Positions 14,311-28,062 of a stretch of 64,000 nt of DNA are shown one piece after another. The first letter of the stretch is position 1. Each line of letters opens with the position of its first letter. The DNA comes from Raja brachyura (Eukaryota): NCBI GenBank assembly GCA_963514005.1, contig OY740782.1, forward strand, positions 150,536,001 through 150,600,000, given 5' to 3'. Position numbers and translations under genes: made by a program. The notes under the pieces are model-generated. The model was not told where the DNA came from. It saw nothing but the letters and a program-made list of their open reading frames with translations, and searched no databases.

Positions 14311-14412
14311 GCGATTTTAGCTTAATACGAGCATTAGGACCCTGCGTACTCTTTACATCTCGTGCAACAAGGGACGTTTCCATTCAGTGTCACCCAGAGG
14401 GAGCCTGCATCT

Positions 14413-14429
14413 GCTGCCATCTCGTGGTG
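14413..14429 (-). promoter_or_regulatory. CTCF-like motif (copies at 21288-21304 and 28164-28180)
   Basis: Minus strand CACCACGAGATGGCAGC in the non-TE part of each duplication unit. Confidence 0.45.
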
Positions 14430-15464
14430 CATATTTGTGTTGCAGATTTTTGATTTAGATTGAATTTCGAACATTACCTGTGACCAGAGGATGGTGCTAT
14501 GACCACTCGGTTGCCACTGATACAGATATTTTTTTCGTCAGCATAGTTTAGCTTCCTTTATTGTCACGTTTACAGAGGAATAGTGAAAAGCTTTTGTTGC
14601 GTGCTAACTATTCAGCGGAAAGGTTATACATAACTACCATCTAGCCATCCATAGAGTACAGATACGTGATAAAGAGAATGATGTTTGGTGCATGATAAAG
14701 CCCAGTAAACTCCACTTAAATATAGTCCAAGGGTCCCCAATAAGGGAGAGAGTAGCTCAGGCCCACACTCTCGTTGCTGATAGAATCATTCAGTTCCCTG
14801 ATAACAGCCGGAAATAAATTGTTCCTGAATCTGGAGTCTTGCGTTTTCACACTTCTCTACCTCTTGCCTGATGGGGGAGGGGAGACGATATGTCGCCATA
14901 CATTTTAATTCATATTTATTATACCGGATCACGTGTTATCTCGCAATTGTACCCACATATGTCTCTTTTCTCCCAGGCAGCCATTCGCGTTCGAGGTTAG
15001 CTTGCTTCCACTCTAGGCCTAGAATTATTGATCATGCCAATGTGGGAACGGGGGGTCTTTTCCAGATGAGGCCGGAGGTGTCTGAAGGAGTGGGTAGGTA
15101 GGATGTTAGTGATGTGATGTACTCCAGACAGTGCTTAAAATATATTGTCCCTGTATTTTAACGCTCAATACAGTCCCCTTCCGTAGCGTGCCAGGCCCTG
15201 TGCATCCTGATGCGAACTCAAGAATGATCTTGAAAACAGTATTATCCCTGTCACCTGACATACTTGGTTTCACACATTTATGTTACAATACATATTGGTA
15301 ATATAGAAACTCTTTCTGCCCGGATTAAACGAGGCTGTTAACTATTTATATGGGATTAATCCTAATCTTGTTGTACTACAAACTGGTAACGTTGAGATGT
15401 CACGCGGGCCCACTGCTCTTCGTGTAACATTAAGTCCCGTCAGTTTTCGTATTCTGGATGTTAA

Positions 15465-17146
15465 GGGGCAATTATGCCTGACAAATCTAATGGAATTCAT
15501 TCAGGAAGTACCAAGCAGGATAGACAAAGAAAAGTCAGGGGATGTTGTCTGTTTGGATTTTCAGAAGTACTTTGATAAGGTGCACACGAGGCTGCTGGGT
15601 AAGATAGGACCTCGTGGTATGGATGGAGGTACTGGCGTGGATAGGCTTATTGGTAGAAAGCAGAGTGAGAAAGCAATGAAGGGAACCTTGTCTGGATGGC
15701 TGCTGGTGATTGGTCGCGTTCCGCAGGCGTCTATGTTGCGGCTACTTTGCACGTCATATGTCATTGAACTGGATGATGGAATTGGTGGCTTATTCGTCAG
15801 GTTGGTGAATGATACGCAGTTACGTGGAGGGGTAGGTAACTTTAAGCAAGCCGTCAGTCTGCAGAAGGACTTGGACACTTTGGGTCTGTGGGAAAAGAAG
15901 TGGCAAATGGAATTGGGCTTTGCAACGTACACGGTCATGCTGCTGGTAGAAGGAGTAAAGGTATGGACTATTTACAAATGTAGAGATGATTCAGAAAGAG
16001 GAGATGCAAAGGGTCCTTGATGTGCTGCTGCAACATTCCCAAAATGTTAATTTGCAGCTCGAGTCCGTAGTCGGAAAGACAGATGCTATGCGAGCATTCA
16101 TTTAGAGAGGAATAGAATATAAAAGCAAGGATACGTTGCTGAGTCTTTCAAAGACACTGGTCAGGCCACATTTGGAATATTGTGAGCAGTACTGGGTCCC
16201 ATATCTGAGGAGGAGTGTGCTGGCATTGGAGAGGAACCAGAGGAGGTTTGGGAGAGTAATCCTGGGTATAACGGGGTTAATGTATGTAGTAATGTTACAA
16301 AATTTTGAGATTTAAAAAATCAAGTCTGCAATTTATCCCATCAGATAAAGCATAAAAAGAAGTTTAATTTGACACCTAATTTACTTTCCTATCTTCAGTA
16401 TTAAGAAAGTTATGGCCATTTTCATACTCGGAAATTAGCATCTTGCTCCCCATTGCCTTTCAATTGACTTAACTCAAAAGCTGTGATCTGGAAAAGTTAA
16501 AAGCCCATAACTTTCTTAAAAATTAAGAGAACTCAATGAAATTTTCAGTTATTATAGATTGAAGCATTCTGAAACAAATATTAATCAATCTTACTTGGAT
16601 TACCTGAAATTAAAGCATATAATTAGTTAGTTATCTAATTGTAGCTAATTACAAAATTCAATGAGTAGATCTCAACATCTGCAACATAAAAATATTATTA
16701 AAGCCTCCCGAAAAACCAACTTTTAATATAAAAATAAACTACCTTTTTTTCTCCCCTACGGAAAATCCTTCCGGTTGTCGGCGCTCACGGATTTTGAAGG
16801 TGATTTTTAAATTACTCTAGTTAATAAATAATTTAGAGTAATTTAAAAATACCTTCATTGGTGAAATGTCGGAGCGATTTTTCTTCCGCAACGAAATCGC
16901 CCGACATTCATCGATTATCCCAGTCTGTCGAAAAAAGGCACTTTAAGCCCGCCCCCCTCTGAAAGGCGCCAATGTCGCGCACACGGGGAGCGGCAGAACT
17001 GCAGCGCCGCTAAAGGTAAGTTTTGCAACATACCTAATGTATGAGAAGTGTTTGATGGCTTTGGGCCTGTACTTGCTGTAATGTGGAAGGATGAAGGAGG
17101 ATCTAATGGAAACCTGCCGAATGATGGAAAGCCCAGATATAGTGAA
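15465..17146 (+). mobile_element. Old, degenerate CR1 RT interrupted by a MITE
   Basis: CLTNLMEF, LDFQKYFDKVH, VPQASML; heavily mutated. Confidence 0.75.
16287..17036. mobile_element. Non-autonomous DNA transposon (hAT-like MITE, ~750 bp)
   Basis: Imperfect TIRs TAGTAATGTTACAAAA / TAGGTATGTTGCAAAA and a 7-8 bp target duplication (A)ATGTATG. Confidence 0.75.
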
Positions 17147-17396
17147 GATAGATACAAAATGCCGGCGTAACTCAGCGGGACAGGCAGCATCTCTGTAGAA
17201 AAGGAGTGGGTGACGGTTCAGGATGAGACATTTCTTCAGACTGATGTCAGGGGAGTGGGCAGTGTGTAGATCAGCAAGTGTAAAGATAAGGAAGTGCAAG
17301 GTATGAAAATAGGACAGGGAATGGAAATCAAGGAAAATCTGGAATTTTATGTTAGTTGGGGAATGTAATAACAAACCAAACAGATATAAAATGTAG

Positions 17397-17706
17397 GGTT
17401 ACACAAAAAGCTGGAGAAACTCAGCGGGTGCAGCAGCATCTAAGGAGCGAAGGAGATAGGTGACGTTTCGGGTCGAGACCCTTCTTCAGTCTGAAGATGG
17501 GTCTCGACCCGAAACGTCGCCTATCTCCCCAGTCTGAAGAAGGGTCTCGACCCGAAACGTCGCCTATCTCCAACCAGTCTGAAGAAGGGTCTCAACCCGA
17601 AACGTCGCCTATCTCCTTCGCTCCTTAGATGCTGCTGCACCCGCTGAGTTTCTACAGCTTTTTGTGTAACCCTCGATTCTCCCGCATCTGCAGTTCCTTC
17701 TTTAAC
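17397..17706. mobile_element. Palindromic Penelope-like terminal-repeat element with hammerhead-like cores
   Basis: ~95-bp inverted arms, 17-bp direct repeat ACAGATATAAAATGTAG on both sides, CTGAAGA..GAAACGTC cores. Confidence 0.7.
17491..17606 (+). ncRNA. Three tandem minimal hammerhead-ribozyme-like motifs (plus one on the minus strand at 17462-17489)
   Basis: CUGAAGA-N-GGGU(CUCG)ACCC-GAAACGUC at 17491, 17534 and 17579 (third copy has a CUCA loop); stem I is weak. Confidence 0.55.
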
Positions 17707-17992
17707 ACAGATATAAAATGTAGTCAGAGACAATAAGACGGGTAGGTGAACTGGGGATGGAGATAGGGGGAAAATCAAGTGCAGACCCCGTTCTTCAAAA
17801 GGCGCAGAAAGATCGAGAAAGTTCTGCAGAGCAAAGATTCTACAGCTCAGCTGTAGGACCTTTGTTCTGCAGATCTCGGGGTCAGCGGCACCGAGGGGGA
17901 AGAGAGAGGGGGGAGAGGGGGGGGGGGATAGTGGGGGGGAGAGAGGGGGGGAAGAGGGGGGGAAGAAGGGAAGGGGGGGTGAGAGGGTTGCA

Positions 17993-20900
17993 GGGGTTCC
18001 ACAAGGCTCCATCCTAGGCCCCATTCTCTTCACCCTGTATATGCTCCCCTTAGGCCAAGTCTTTAAAAGGCACGGCATTTCCTTCCACTGCTATGCAGGC
18101 GATACACAGCTCTATCACCCCCTGAAACCCAACAACCGATCAAATCTACTCAACCTGATGCACTGCCTCGAGGATATAAAGTGCTGGATGACCCAGAACT
18201 TCCTCCAACTAAACTTCTGAGGTCATCCGACTCAAGTTCAAGTTCATGTTCAAGACAGTTTATTGTCATGTGTCCCAGATAGGACAATGAAATTCTTGCT
18301 TTGCTTCAGCACACCAGAACATAGTAGGCATGAATACAGAACAGATCAGTGTGTCCATATACCATTATATAAATATACACACACATGAATAAATAAACTG
18401 ATCAAGTGCAATAAAGCAGATAATGGGCTATTAATGTTCAGAGTTTTGTCCGAGCCGAGTTTAATAGCCTGATGGCTGTGGGGAGGTAGCTATTCCAGAA
18501 CCTGGTCGTTGCAGTCTTCAGGCTCCTGTACCTTCTACCTGAAGGTAGCAGGGAGATGAGTGTATGGCCAGAATGGTGTGGGTCCTTGATGATGCTGCCA
18601 GCCTTTTTGAGGCAGCGACTGCAATAGATCCCCTCGATGTAAGGGAGGTCAGAGCCGATGATGGACTGGGCAGTGTTTACTACATTTTGTAGTCTTTTCC
18701 TCTCCAGGGCGCTCAAGTTGCTGAACCAAGCCACGATGCAACCGGTCAGCAAGCTCTCTACTGTGCACCTGTAGAAGTTAGAGAGAGTCCTCCTTGACAG
18801 ACCAACTCACCGTAATCTTCTCAGGAGGTAGAGGCGCTGATGAGCTTTCTTTATAATTGCATCAGTGTTCTCGGACCAGGAAAGATCTTCAGAGATATGC
18901 ACGCCCAGGAATTTGAAGCTCTTGACCCTTTCCACCATCGACCCGTTGATATAAACGGGACTGTGGGTCCCCATTCTACTCCTTCCAAAGTCCACAATCA
19001 GTTTCTTGGTTTTGTTGGTGTTGAGGGCCAGGTTATTGTGCTGGCACCATTTGGTCAATCGGTTGATCTCACTTCTATACTCTGACTCATCCCCATCAGT
19101 GATACATCCCACAACAGTGGTGTCATCAGCGAACTTGATGATGGAGTTCACACTATGACTGGCTACGCAATCATGAGTATAGAGTGAGTACAGCAGGGGG
19201 CTGAGTACGCAGCCTTGAGGTACTCCCATGCTGATTGTTATCGAGGATGACACATTTCCACCAATACGGACAGACCGTGGTCTGTGAATGAAGAAGTCGA
19301 GGATCCAAGTGCAGAGGGATGCGCAGAGACCCAGATCTGAGAGCTTGCTAACCAGCTTGAAGGGGATGGTTGTATTAAATGCCGAGCTGTAATTAATGAA
19401 TAACAGCCTGACATATGTGTTTTTGTGTCCAAGTGGTCCAGAGCAGAGTGGAGAGCCAGCGAGATCGCATCCACCGTTGATCTGTTGTGGCGGTAAGCAA
19501 ACTGCAGTGGGTCCACGTTTTATGTTGAGGTAGGAGTTGATTTACGCCATGATCAACTCTTGAAGAGCTTCATCACCACCGACGTTAGTGCCACTGGTCG
19601 ATAGTCGTTGAGGCACGTCACCTTGCTCTTCTTGGGCACTGGTATTATTGATGCCCTTTTAAAGCAGGTGGGAACCTCAGACCTCAGAAGTGAGATGTTG
19701 AAAATGTCCGTAAAAACTCCAGCCAGTTGGTCCGCACAGGTTTTTAGAACACGACCTGGTATACCATCAGGTCCATGCGCTTTTCGAGGGTTCACCCCTC
19801 TGAAGGATTTTCTGACGTCGGCCTCTGTGACTGTGACTGAAATACCATCACAGCGAATGGGGGCTCGAGAAGGCACATCAGTGTTCTCCCTATCAAAGCG
19901 TGCGTAAAACACATTGAGCTCGTCAGGGAGTGATGCTACGCCGACATTCGAGCTGCCTCCTGATCTCGCCTTGTAGGAGGTGATTGCATTCAGGCCCCGC
20001 CACAGCTGCCGAACATCTGTCTCATCCTCCAGTGTGGAGCAGAAGTCCCTTTTGGCCTTTTTGATGGCCTTACCAAGGTTGTACCTGGACGTCTTGTAGA
20101 CCAATGTATCATCAGATATGAATGCCCGGAGCCTGGTCTTCAGAAGAGTGCGGATCTCAAAGTTCATCCAAAGCTTCTGATTGGGAAACACTTGGACATT
20201 TTTTATTGGGATGCAGTCCTCCACACATATCTTTAGGAAGTCAGTAACGACTGTGGCGTATTCATTCAGGTCCGTTGCCGAGTCCCTGAACATTGCCCAG
20301 TCTACAGACTGCCCCCGCCCCCGACCAGCTCTGTACAGTCCTCACCTCCGGGGGTGCGCTCTTCAATTACTGCCTCGGACTCCATCAAAACGATAGCAGG
20401 CAGCCTTGGAAGCCCAACCTCCTTACTCAAACCGCACGTCAATAACCTTGGCGTGATATTTGACTCCGCTTTGAAGTTTGACAAACAAGTCAATGCTGTG
20501 GTAAAAGCTAGCTTCTTCCAGCTTCGCACGATAGCTAAAATCAAACCATTCCTCCAATTCAACGACCTTGAAAAGATCATCCACGCATTTATCTCCTCCC
20601 GCCTTGATTACTGCAACTCCCTTTACACTGGCATTAGCCAATCATCCCTGTCCCGCCTGCAATTGGTCCAAAACGCCGCAGCGAGACTCCTGACGGGCAC
20701 CCGTAAAAGGGACCACATCACCCCGATCCTGGCCTCTCTCCACTGGCTCCCAGTATGGTACAGAATCAATTTCAAGCTCCACCTATATGTATACAAAGCC
20801 CTTACCGGGCTTGCCCACACCTATATCAAAAACCTGCTAACCCACCATTCTACCTCCAGGTCCCTCAGGTCGGCCGACTTGGGGTTACTGACTATCCCGC

Positions 20901-21186
20901 GGTCCAGGTTTAAGCTCAGGGGCGACCGCGCTTTTGCGGTTGCAGCACCTAGACTGTGGAACAGCATCCCTCTCCTCATCAGAACTGCCCCCTCCATCGA
21001 CTCCTTTAAGTCGTCACTTAAAACTTATTTCTACTCTCAAGCCTTTCTTGAGGGAGCACTGTATGTATGTATTTATGTATGTATTGTTAGATCTATGTAC
21101 CACTGTATGTAGCACGTTAGTACCTGCACTTTGGTCAACGTGAGTTGTTTTTAAATGTGCTATAGAAATAAAATTGACTAGACTTG
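17993..21186 (+). mobile_element. L2 LINE 3' half split by Rex1 (unit 2)
   Basis: As unit 1; ORF 20354-21112. Confidence 0.85.
18233..20328 (-). mobile_element. Rex1/Babar-like LINE, 5'-truncated (unit 2)
   Basis: ORFs 19553-20293, 19238-19516, 18807-19253 and 18438-18752 carry RT motifs. Confidence 0.85.
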
Positions 21187-22339
21187 CGATTTTAGCTTAA
21201 TACGAGCATTAGGACCCTGCGTACTCTTTGCATCTCGTGCAACAAGGGGCGTTTCCATTCAGTGTCACCCAGAGGGAGCCTGCATCTGCTGCCATCTCGT
21301 GGTGCATATTTGTATTGCAGATTTTTGATTTAGATTGAATTTCGAACATTACCTGCGACCAGAGGATGGTGCTATGACCACTCGGTTGCCACTGATACAG
21401 ATATTTTTTTCGTTAGCATAGTTTAGCTTCCTTTATTGTCACGTTTACAGAGGAATAGTGAAAAGCTTTTGTTGCGTGCTAACTATTCAGCGGAAAGGTT
21501 ATACATAACTACCATCTAGCCATCCACAGAGTACAGATACGTGATAAAGAGAATGATGTTTGGTGCATGATAAAGCCCAGTAAACTCCACTTAAATATAG
21601 TCCAAGGGTCCCCAATAAGGGAGAGAGTAGCTCAGGCCCACACTCTCGTTGCTGATAAAATGATTCAGTTCCCTGATAACAGCCGGAAATAAATTGTTCC
21701 TGAATCTGGAGTCTTGCGTTTTCACACTTCTCTACCTCTTGCCTGATGGGGGAGGGGAGACGATATGTCGCCATACATTTTAATTCATATTTATTATACC
21801 GGATCACGTGTTACCTCGCAATTGTACCCACATATGTCTCTTTTCTCCCAGGCAGCCATTCGCGTTCGAGGTTAGCTTGCTTCCACTCTAGGCCTAGAAT
21901 TATTGATCATGCCAATGTGGGAACGGGGGGTCTTTTCCAGATGAGGCCGGAGGTGTCTGAAGGAGTGGGTAGGTAGGATGTTAGTGATGTGATGTACTCC
22001 AGACAGTGCTTAAAATATATTGTCCCTGTATTTTAACGCTCAATACAGTCCCCTTCCGTAGCGTGCCAGGCCCTGTGCATCCTGATGCGAACTCAAGAAT
22101 GATCTTGAAAACAGTATTATCCCTGTCACCTGACATACTTGGTTTCACACATTTATGTTACAATACATATTGGTAATATAGAAACTCTTTCTGCCCGGAT
22201 TAAACGAGGCTGTTAACTATTTATATGGGATTAATCCTAATCTTGTTGTACTACAAACTGGTAACGTTGAGATGTCACGCGGGCCCACTGCTCTTCGTGT
22301 AACATTAAGTCCCGTCAGTTTTCGTATTCTGGATGTTAA

Positions 22340-24021
22340 GGGGCAATTATGCCTGACAAATCTAATGGAATTCATTCAGGAAGTACCAAGCAGGATAGAC
22401 AAAGAAAAGTCAGGGGATGTTGTCTGTTTGGATTTTCAGAAGTACTTTGATAAGGTGCACACGAGGCTGCTGGGTAAGATAGGACCTCGTGGTATGGATG
22501 GAGGTACTGGCGTGGATAGGCTTATTGGTAGAAAGCAGAGTGAGAAAGCAATGAAGGGAACCTTGTCTGGATGGCTGCTGGTGATTGGTCGCGTTCCGCA
22601 GGCGTCTATGTTGCGGCTACTTTGCACGTCATATGTCATTGAACTGGATGATGGAATTGGTGGCTTATTCGTCAGGTTGGTGAATGATACGCAGTTACGT
22701 GGAGGGGTAGGTAACTTTAAGCAAGCCGTCAGTCTGCAGAAGGACTTGGACACTTTGGGTCTGTGGGAAAAGAAGTGGCAAATGGAATTGGGCTTTGCAA
22801 CGTACACGGTCATGCTGCTGGTAGAAGGAGTAAAGGTATGGACTATTTACAAATGTAGAGATGATTCAGAAAGAGGAGATGCAAAGGGTCCTTGATGTGC
22901 TGCTGCAACATTCCCAAAATGTTAATTTGCAGCTCGAGTCCGTAGTCGGAAAGACAGATGCTATGCGAGCATTCATTTAGAGAGGAATAGAATATAAAAG
23001 CAAGGATACGTTGCTGAGTCTTTCAAAGACACTGGTCAGGCCACATTTGGAATATTGTGAGCAGTACTGGGTCCCATATCTGAGGAGGAGTGTGCTGGCA
23101 TTGGAGAGGAACCAGAGGAGGTTTGGGAGAGTAATCCTGGGTATAACGGGGTTAATGTATGTAGTAATGTTACAAAATTTTGAGATTTAAAAAATCAAGT
23201 CTGCAATTTATCCCATCAGATAAAGCATAAAAAGAAGTTTAATTTGACACCTAATTTACTTTCCTATCTTCAGTATTAAGAAAGTTATGGCCATTTTCAT
23301 ACTCGGAAATTAGCATCTTGCTCCCCATTGCCTTTCAATTGACTTAACTCAAAAGCTGTGATCTGGAAAAGTTAAAAGCCCATAACTTTCTTAAAAATTA
23401 AGAGAACTCAATGAAATTTTCAGTTATTATAGATTGAAGCATTCTGAAACAAATATTAATCAATCTTACTTGGATTACCTGAAATTAAAGCATATAATTA
23501 GTTAGTTATCTAATTGTAGCTAATTACAAAATTCAATGAGTAGATCTCAACATCTGCAACATAAAAATATTATTAAAGCCTCCCGAAAAACCAACTTTTA
23601 ATATAAAAATAAACTACCTTTTTTTCTCCCCTACGGAAAATCCTTCCGGTTGTCGGCGCTCACGGATTTTGAAGGTGATTTTTAAATTACTCTAGTTAAT
23701 AAATAATTTAGAGTAATTTAAAAATACCTTCATTGGTGAAATGTCGGAGCGATTTTTCTTCCGCAACGAAATCGCCCGACATTCATCGATTATCCCAGTC
23801 TGTCGAAAAAAGGCACTTTAAGCCCGCCCCCCTCTGAAAGGCGCCAATGTCGCGCACACGGGGAGCGGCAGAACTGCAGCGCCGCTAAAGGTAAGTTTTG
23901 CAACATACCTAATGTATGAGAAGTGTTTGATGGCTTTGGGCCTGTACTTGCTGTAATGTGGAAGGATGAAGGAGGATCTAATGGAAACCTGCCGAATGAT
24001 GGAAAGCCCAGATATAGTGAA
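22340..24021 (+). mobile_element. Old degenerate CR1 RT with MITE at 23162-23911 (duplicate of 15465-17146)
   Basis: Same sequence at offset 6875. Confidence 0.75.
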
Positions 24022-24271
24022 GATAGATACAAAATGCCGGCGTAACTCAGCGGGACAGGCAGCATCTCTGTAGAAAAGGAGTGGGTGACGGTTCAGGATG
24101 AGACATTTCTTCAGACTGATGTCAGGGGAGTGGGCAGTGTGTAGATCAGCAAGTGTAAAGATAAGGAAGTGCAAGGTATGAAAATAGGACAGGGAATGGA
24201 AATCAAGGAAAATCTGGAATTTTATGTTAGTTGGGGAATGTAATAACAAACCAAACAGATATAAAATGTAG

Positions 24272-24581
24272 GGTTACACAAAAAGCTGGAGAAACTCAGC
24301 GGGTGCAGCAGCATCTAAGGAGCGAAGGAGATAGGTGACGTTTCGGGTCGAGACCCTTCTTCAGTCTGAAGATGGGTCTCGACCCGAAACGTCGCCTATC
24401 TCCCCAGTCTGAAGAAGGGTCTCGACCCGAAACGTCGCCTATCTCCAACCAGTCTGAAGAAGGGTCTCAACCCGAAACGTCGCCTATCTCCTTCGCTCCT
24501 TAGATGCTGCTGCACCCGCTGAGTTTCTACAGCTTTTTGTGTAACCCTCGATTCTCCCGCATCTGCAGTTCCTTCTTTAAC
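24272..24581. mobile_element. Palindromic Penelope-like hammerhead-bearing element (duplicate)
   Basis: Same as 17397-17706 at offset 6875. Confidence 0.7.
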
Positions 24582-24868
24582 ACAGATATAAAATGTAGTC
24601 AGAGACAATAAGACGGGTAGGTGAACTGGGGATGGAGATAGGGGGAAAATCAAGTGCAGACCCCGTTCTTCAAAAGGCGCAGAAAGATCGAGAAAGTTCT
24701 GCAGAGCAAAGATTCTACAGCTCAGCTGTAGGACCTTTGTTCTGCAGATCTCGGGGTCAGCGGCACCGAGGGGGAAGAGAGAGGGGGGAGAGGGGGGGGG
24801 GGGATAGTGGGGGGGAGAGAGGGGGGGAAGAGGGGGGGAAGAAGGGAAGGGGGGGTGAGAGGGTTGCA

Positions 24869-27800
24869 GGGGTTCCACAAGGCTCCATCCTAGGCCCCAT
24901 TCTCTTCACCCTGTATATGCTCCCCTTAGGCCAAGTCTTTAAAAGGCACGGCATTTCCTTCCACTGCTATGCAGGCGATACACAGCTCTATCACCCCCTG
25001 AAACCCAACAACCGATCAAATCTACTCAACCTGATGCACTGCCTCGAGGATATAAAGTGCTGGATGACCCAGAACTTCCTCCAACTAAACTTCTGAGGTC
25101 ATCCGACTCAAGTTCAAGTTCATGTTCAAGACAGTTTATTGTCATGTGTCCCAGATAGGACAATGAAATTCTTGCTTTGCTTCAGCACACCAGAACATAG
25201 TAGGCATGAATACAGAACAGATCAGTGTGTCCATATACCATTATATAAATATACACACACATGAATAAATAAACTGATCAAGTGCAATAAAGCAGATAAT
25301 GGGCTATTAATGTTCAGAGTTTTGTCCGAGCCGAGTTTAATAGCCTGATGGCTGTGGGGAGGTAGCTATTCCAGAACCTGGTCGTTGCAGTCTTCAGGCT
25401 CCTGTACCTTCTACCTGAAGGTAGCAGGGAGATGAGTGTATGGCCAGAATGGTGTGGGTCCTTGATGATGCTGCCAGCCTTTTTGAGGCAGCGACTGCAA
25501 TAGATCCCCTCGATGTAAGGGAGGTCAGAGCCGATGATGGACTGGGCAGTGTTTACTACATTTTGTAGTCTTTTCCTCTCCAGGGCGCTCAAGTTGCTGA
25601 ACCAAGCCACGATGCAACCGGTCAGCAAGCTCTCTACTGTGCACCTGTAGAAGTTAGAGAGAGTCCTCCTTGACAGACCAACTCACCGTAATCTTCTCAG
25701 GAGGTAGAGGCGCTGATGAGCTTTCTTTATAATTGCATCAGTGTTCTCGGACCAGGAAAGATCTTCAGAGATATGCACGCCCAGGAATTTGAAGCTCTTG
25801 ACCCTTTCCACCATCGACCCGTTGATATAAACGGGACTGTGGGTCCCCATTCTACTCCTTCCAAAGTCCACAATCAGTTTCTTGGTTTTGTTGGTGTTGA
25901 GGGCCAGGTTATTGTGCTGGCACCATTTGGTCAATCGGTTGATCTCACTTCTATACTCTGACTCATCCCCATCAGTGATACATCCCACAACAGTGGTGTC
26001 ATCAGCGAACTTGATGATGGAGTTCACACTATGACTGGCTACGCAATCATGAGTATAGAGTGAGTACAGCAGGGGGCTGAGTACGCAGCCTTGAGGTACT
26101 CCCATGCTGATTGTTATCGAGGATGACACATTTCCACCAATACGGACAGACCGTGGTCTGTGAATGAAGAAGTCGAGGATCCAAGTGCAGAGGGATGCGC
26201 AGAGACCCAGATCTGAGAGCTTGCTAACCAGCTTGAAGGGGATGGTTGTATTAAATGCCGAGCTGTAATTAATGAATAACAGCCTGACATATGTGTTTTT
26301 GTGTCCAAGTGGTCCAGAGCAGAGTGGAGAGCCAGCGAGATCGCATCCACCGTTGATCTGTTGTGGCGGTAAGCAAACTGCAGTGGGTCCACGTTTTATG
26401 TTGAGGTAGGAGTTGATTTACGCCATGATCAACTCTTGAAGAGCTTCATCACCACCGACGTTAGTGCCACTGGTCGATAGTCGTTGAGGCACGTCACCTT
26501 GCTCTTCTTGGGCACTGGTATTATTGATGCCCTTTTAAAGCAGGTGGGAACCTCAGACCTCAGAAGTGAGATGTTGAAAATGTCCGTAAAAACTCCAGCC
26601 AGTTGGTCCGCACAGGTTTTTAGAACACGACCTGGTATACCATCAGGTCCATGCGCTTTTCGAGGGTTCACCCCTCTGAAGGATTTTCTGACGTCGGCCT
26701 CTGTGACTGTGACTGAAATACCATCACAGCGAATGGGGGCTCGAGAAGGCACATCAGTGTTCTCCCTATCAAAGCGTGCGTAAAACACATTGAGCTCGTC
26801 AGGGAGTGATGCTACGCCGACATTCGAGCTGCCTCCTGATCTCGCCTTGTAGGAGGTGATTGCATTCAGGCCCCGCCACAGCTGCCGAACATCTGTCTCA
26901 TCCTCCAGTGTGGAGCAGAAGTCCCTTTTGGCCTTTTTGATGGCCTTACCAAGGTTGTACCTGGACGTCTTGTAGACCAATGTATCATCAGATATGAATG
27001 CCCGGAGCCTGGTCTTCAGAAGAGTGCGGATCTCAAAGTTCATCCAAAGCTTCTGATTGGGAAACACTTGGACATTTTTTATTGGGATGCAGTCCTCCAC
27101 ACATATCTTTAGGAAGTCAGTAACGACTGTGGCGTATTCATTCAGGTCCGTTGCCGAGTCCCTGAACATTGCCCAGTCTACAGACTGCCCCCGCCCCCGA
27201 CCAGCTCTGTACAGTCCTCACCTCCGGGGGTGCGCTCTTCAATTACTGCCTCGGACTCCATCAAAACGATAGCAGGCAGCCTTGGAAGCCCAACCTCCTT
27301 ACTCAAACCGCACGTCAATAACCTTGGCGTGATATTTGACTCCGCTTTGAAGTTTGACAAACAAGTCAATGCTGTGGTAAAAGCTAGCTTCTTCCAGCTT
27401 CGCACGATAGCTAAAATCAAACCATTCCTCCAATTCAACGACCTTGAAAAGATCATCCACGCATTTATCTCCTCCCGCCTTGATTACTGCAACTCCCTTT
27501 ACACTGGCATTAGCCAATCATCCCTGTCCCGCCTGCAATTGGTCCAAAACGCCGCAGCGAGACTCCTGACGGGCACCCGTAAAAGGGACCACATCACCCC
27601 GATCCTGGCCTCTCTCCACTGGCTCCCAGTATGGTACAGAATCAATTTCAAGCTCCACCTATATGTATACAAAGCCCTTACCGGGCTTGCCCACACCTAT
27701 ATCAAAAACCTGCTAACCCACCATTCTACCTCCAGGTCCCTCAGGTCGGCCGACTTGGGGTTACTGACTATCCCGCGGTCCAGGTTTAAGCTCAGGGGCG

Positions 27801-28062
27801 ACCGCGCTTTTGCGGTTGCAGCACCTAGACTGTGGAACAGCATCCCTCTCCTCATCAGAACTGCCCCCTCCATCGACTCCTTTAAGTCGTCACTTAAAAC
27901 TTATTTCTACTCTCAAGCCTTTCTTGAGGGAGCACTGTATGTATGTATTTATGTATGTATTGTTAGATCTATGTACCACTGTATGTAGCACGTTAGTACC
28001 TGCACTTTGGTCAACGTGAGTTGTTTTTAAATGTGCTATAGAAATAAAATTGACTAGACTTG
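24869..28062 (+). mobile_element. L2 LINE 3' half split by Rex1 (unit 3)
   Basis: ORF 27230-27988 is identical to 20354-21112. Confidence 0.85.
25109..27204 (-). mobile_element. Rex1/Babar-like LINE, 5'-truncated (unit 3)
   Basis: ORFs identical to unit 2. Confidence 0.85.

Noticed and set aside
14470-14525. Minus-strand GGT CAT AGC ACC ATC CTC TGG TCA CAG|GTAATG, faintly J-like with a donor, repeated in each duplication unit
   Set aside because: No W/F-G-x-G motif and no RSS; too weak to call
17490-17615. Short regularly spaced palindromic repeats resembling a CRISPR array
   Set aside because: No unique spacers, eukaryotic context, and explained by Penelope-like hammerhead units
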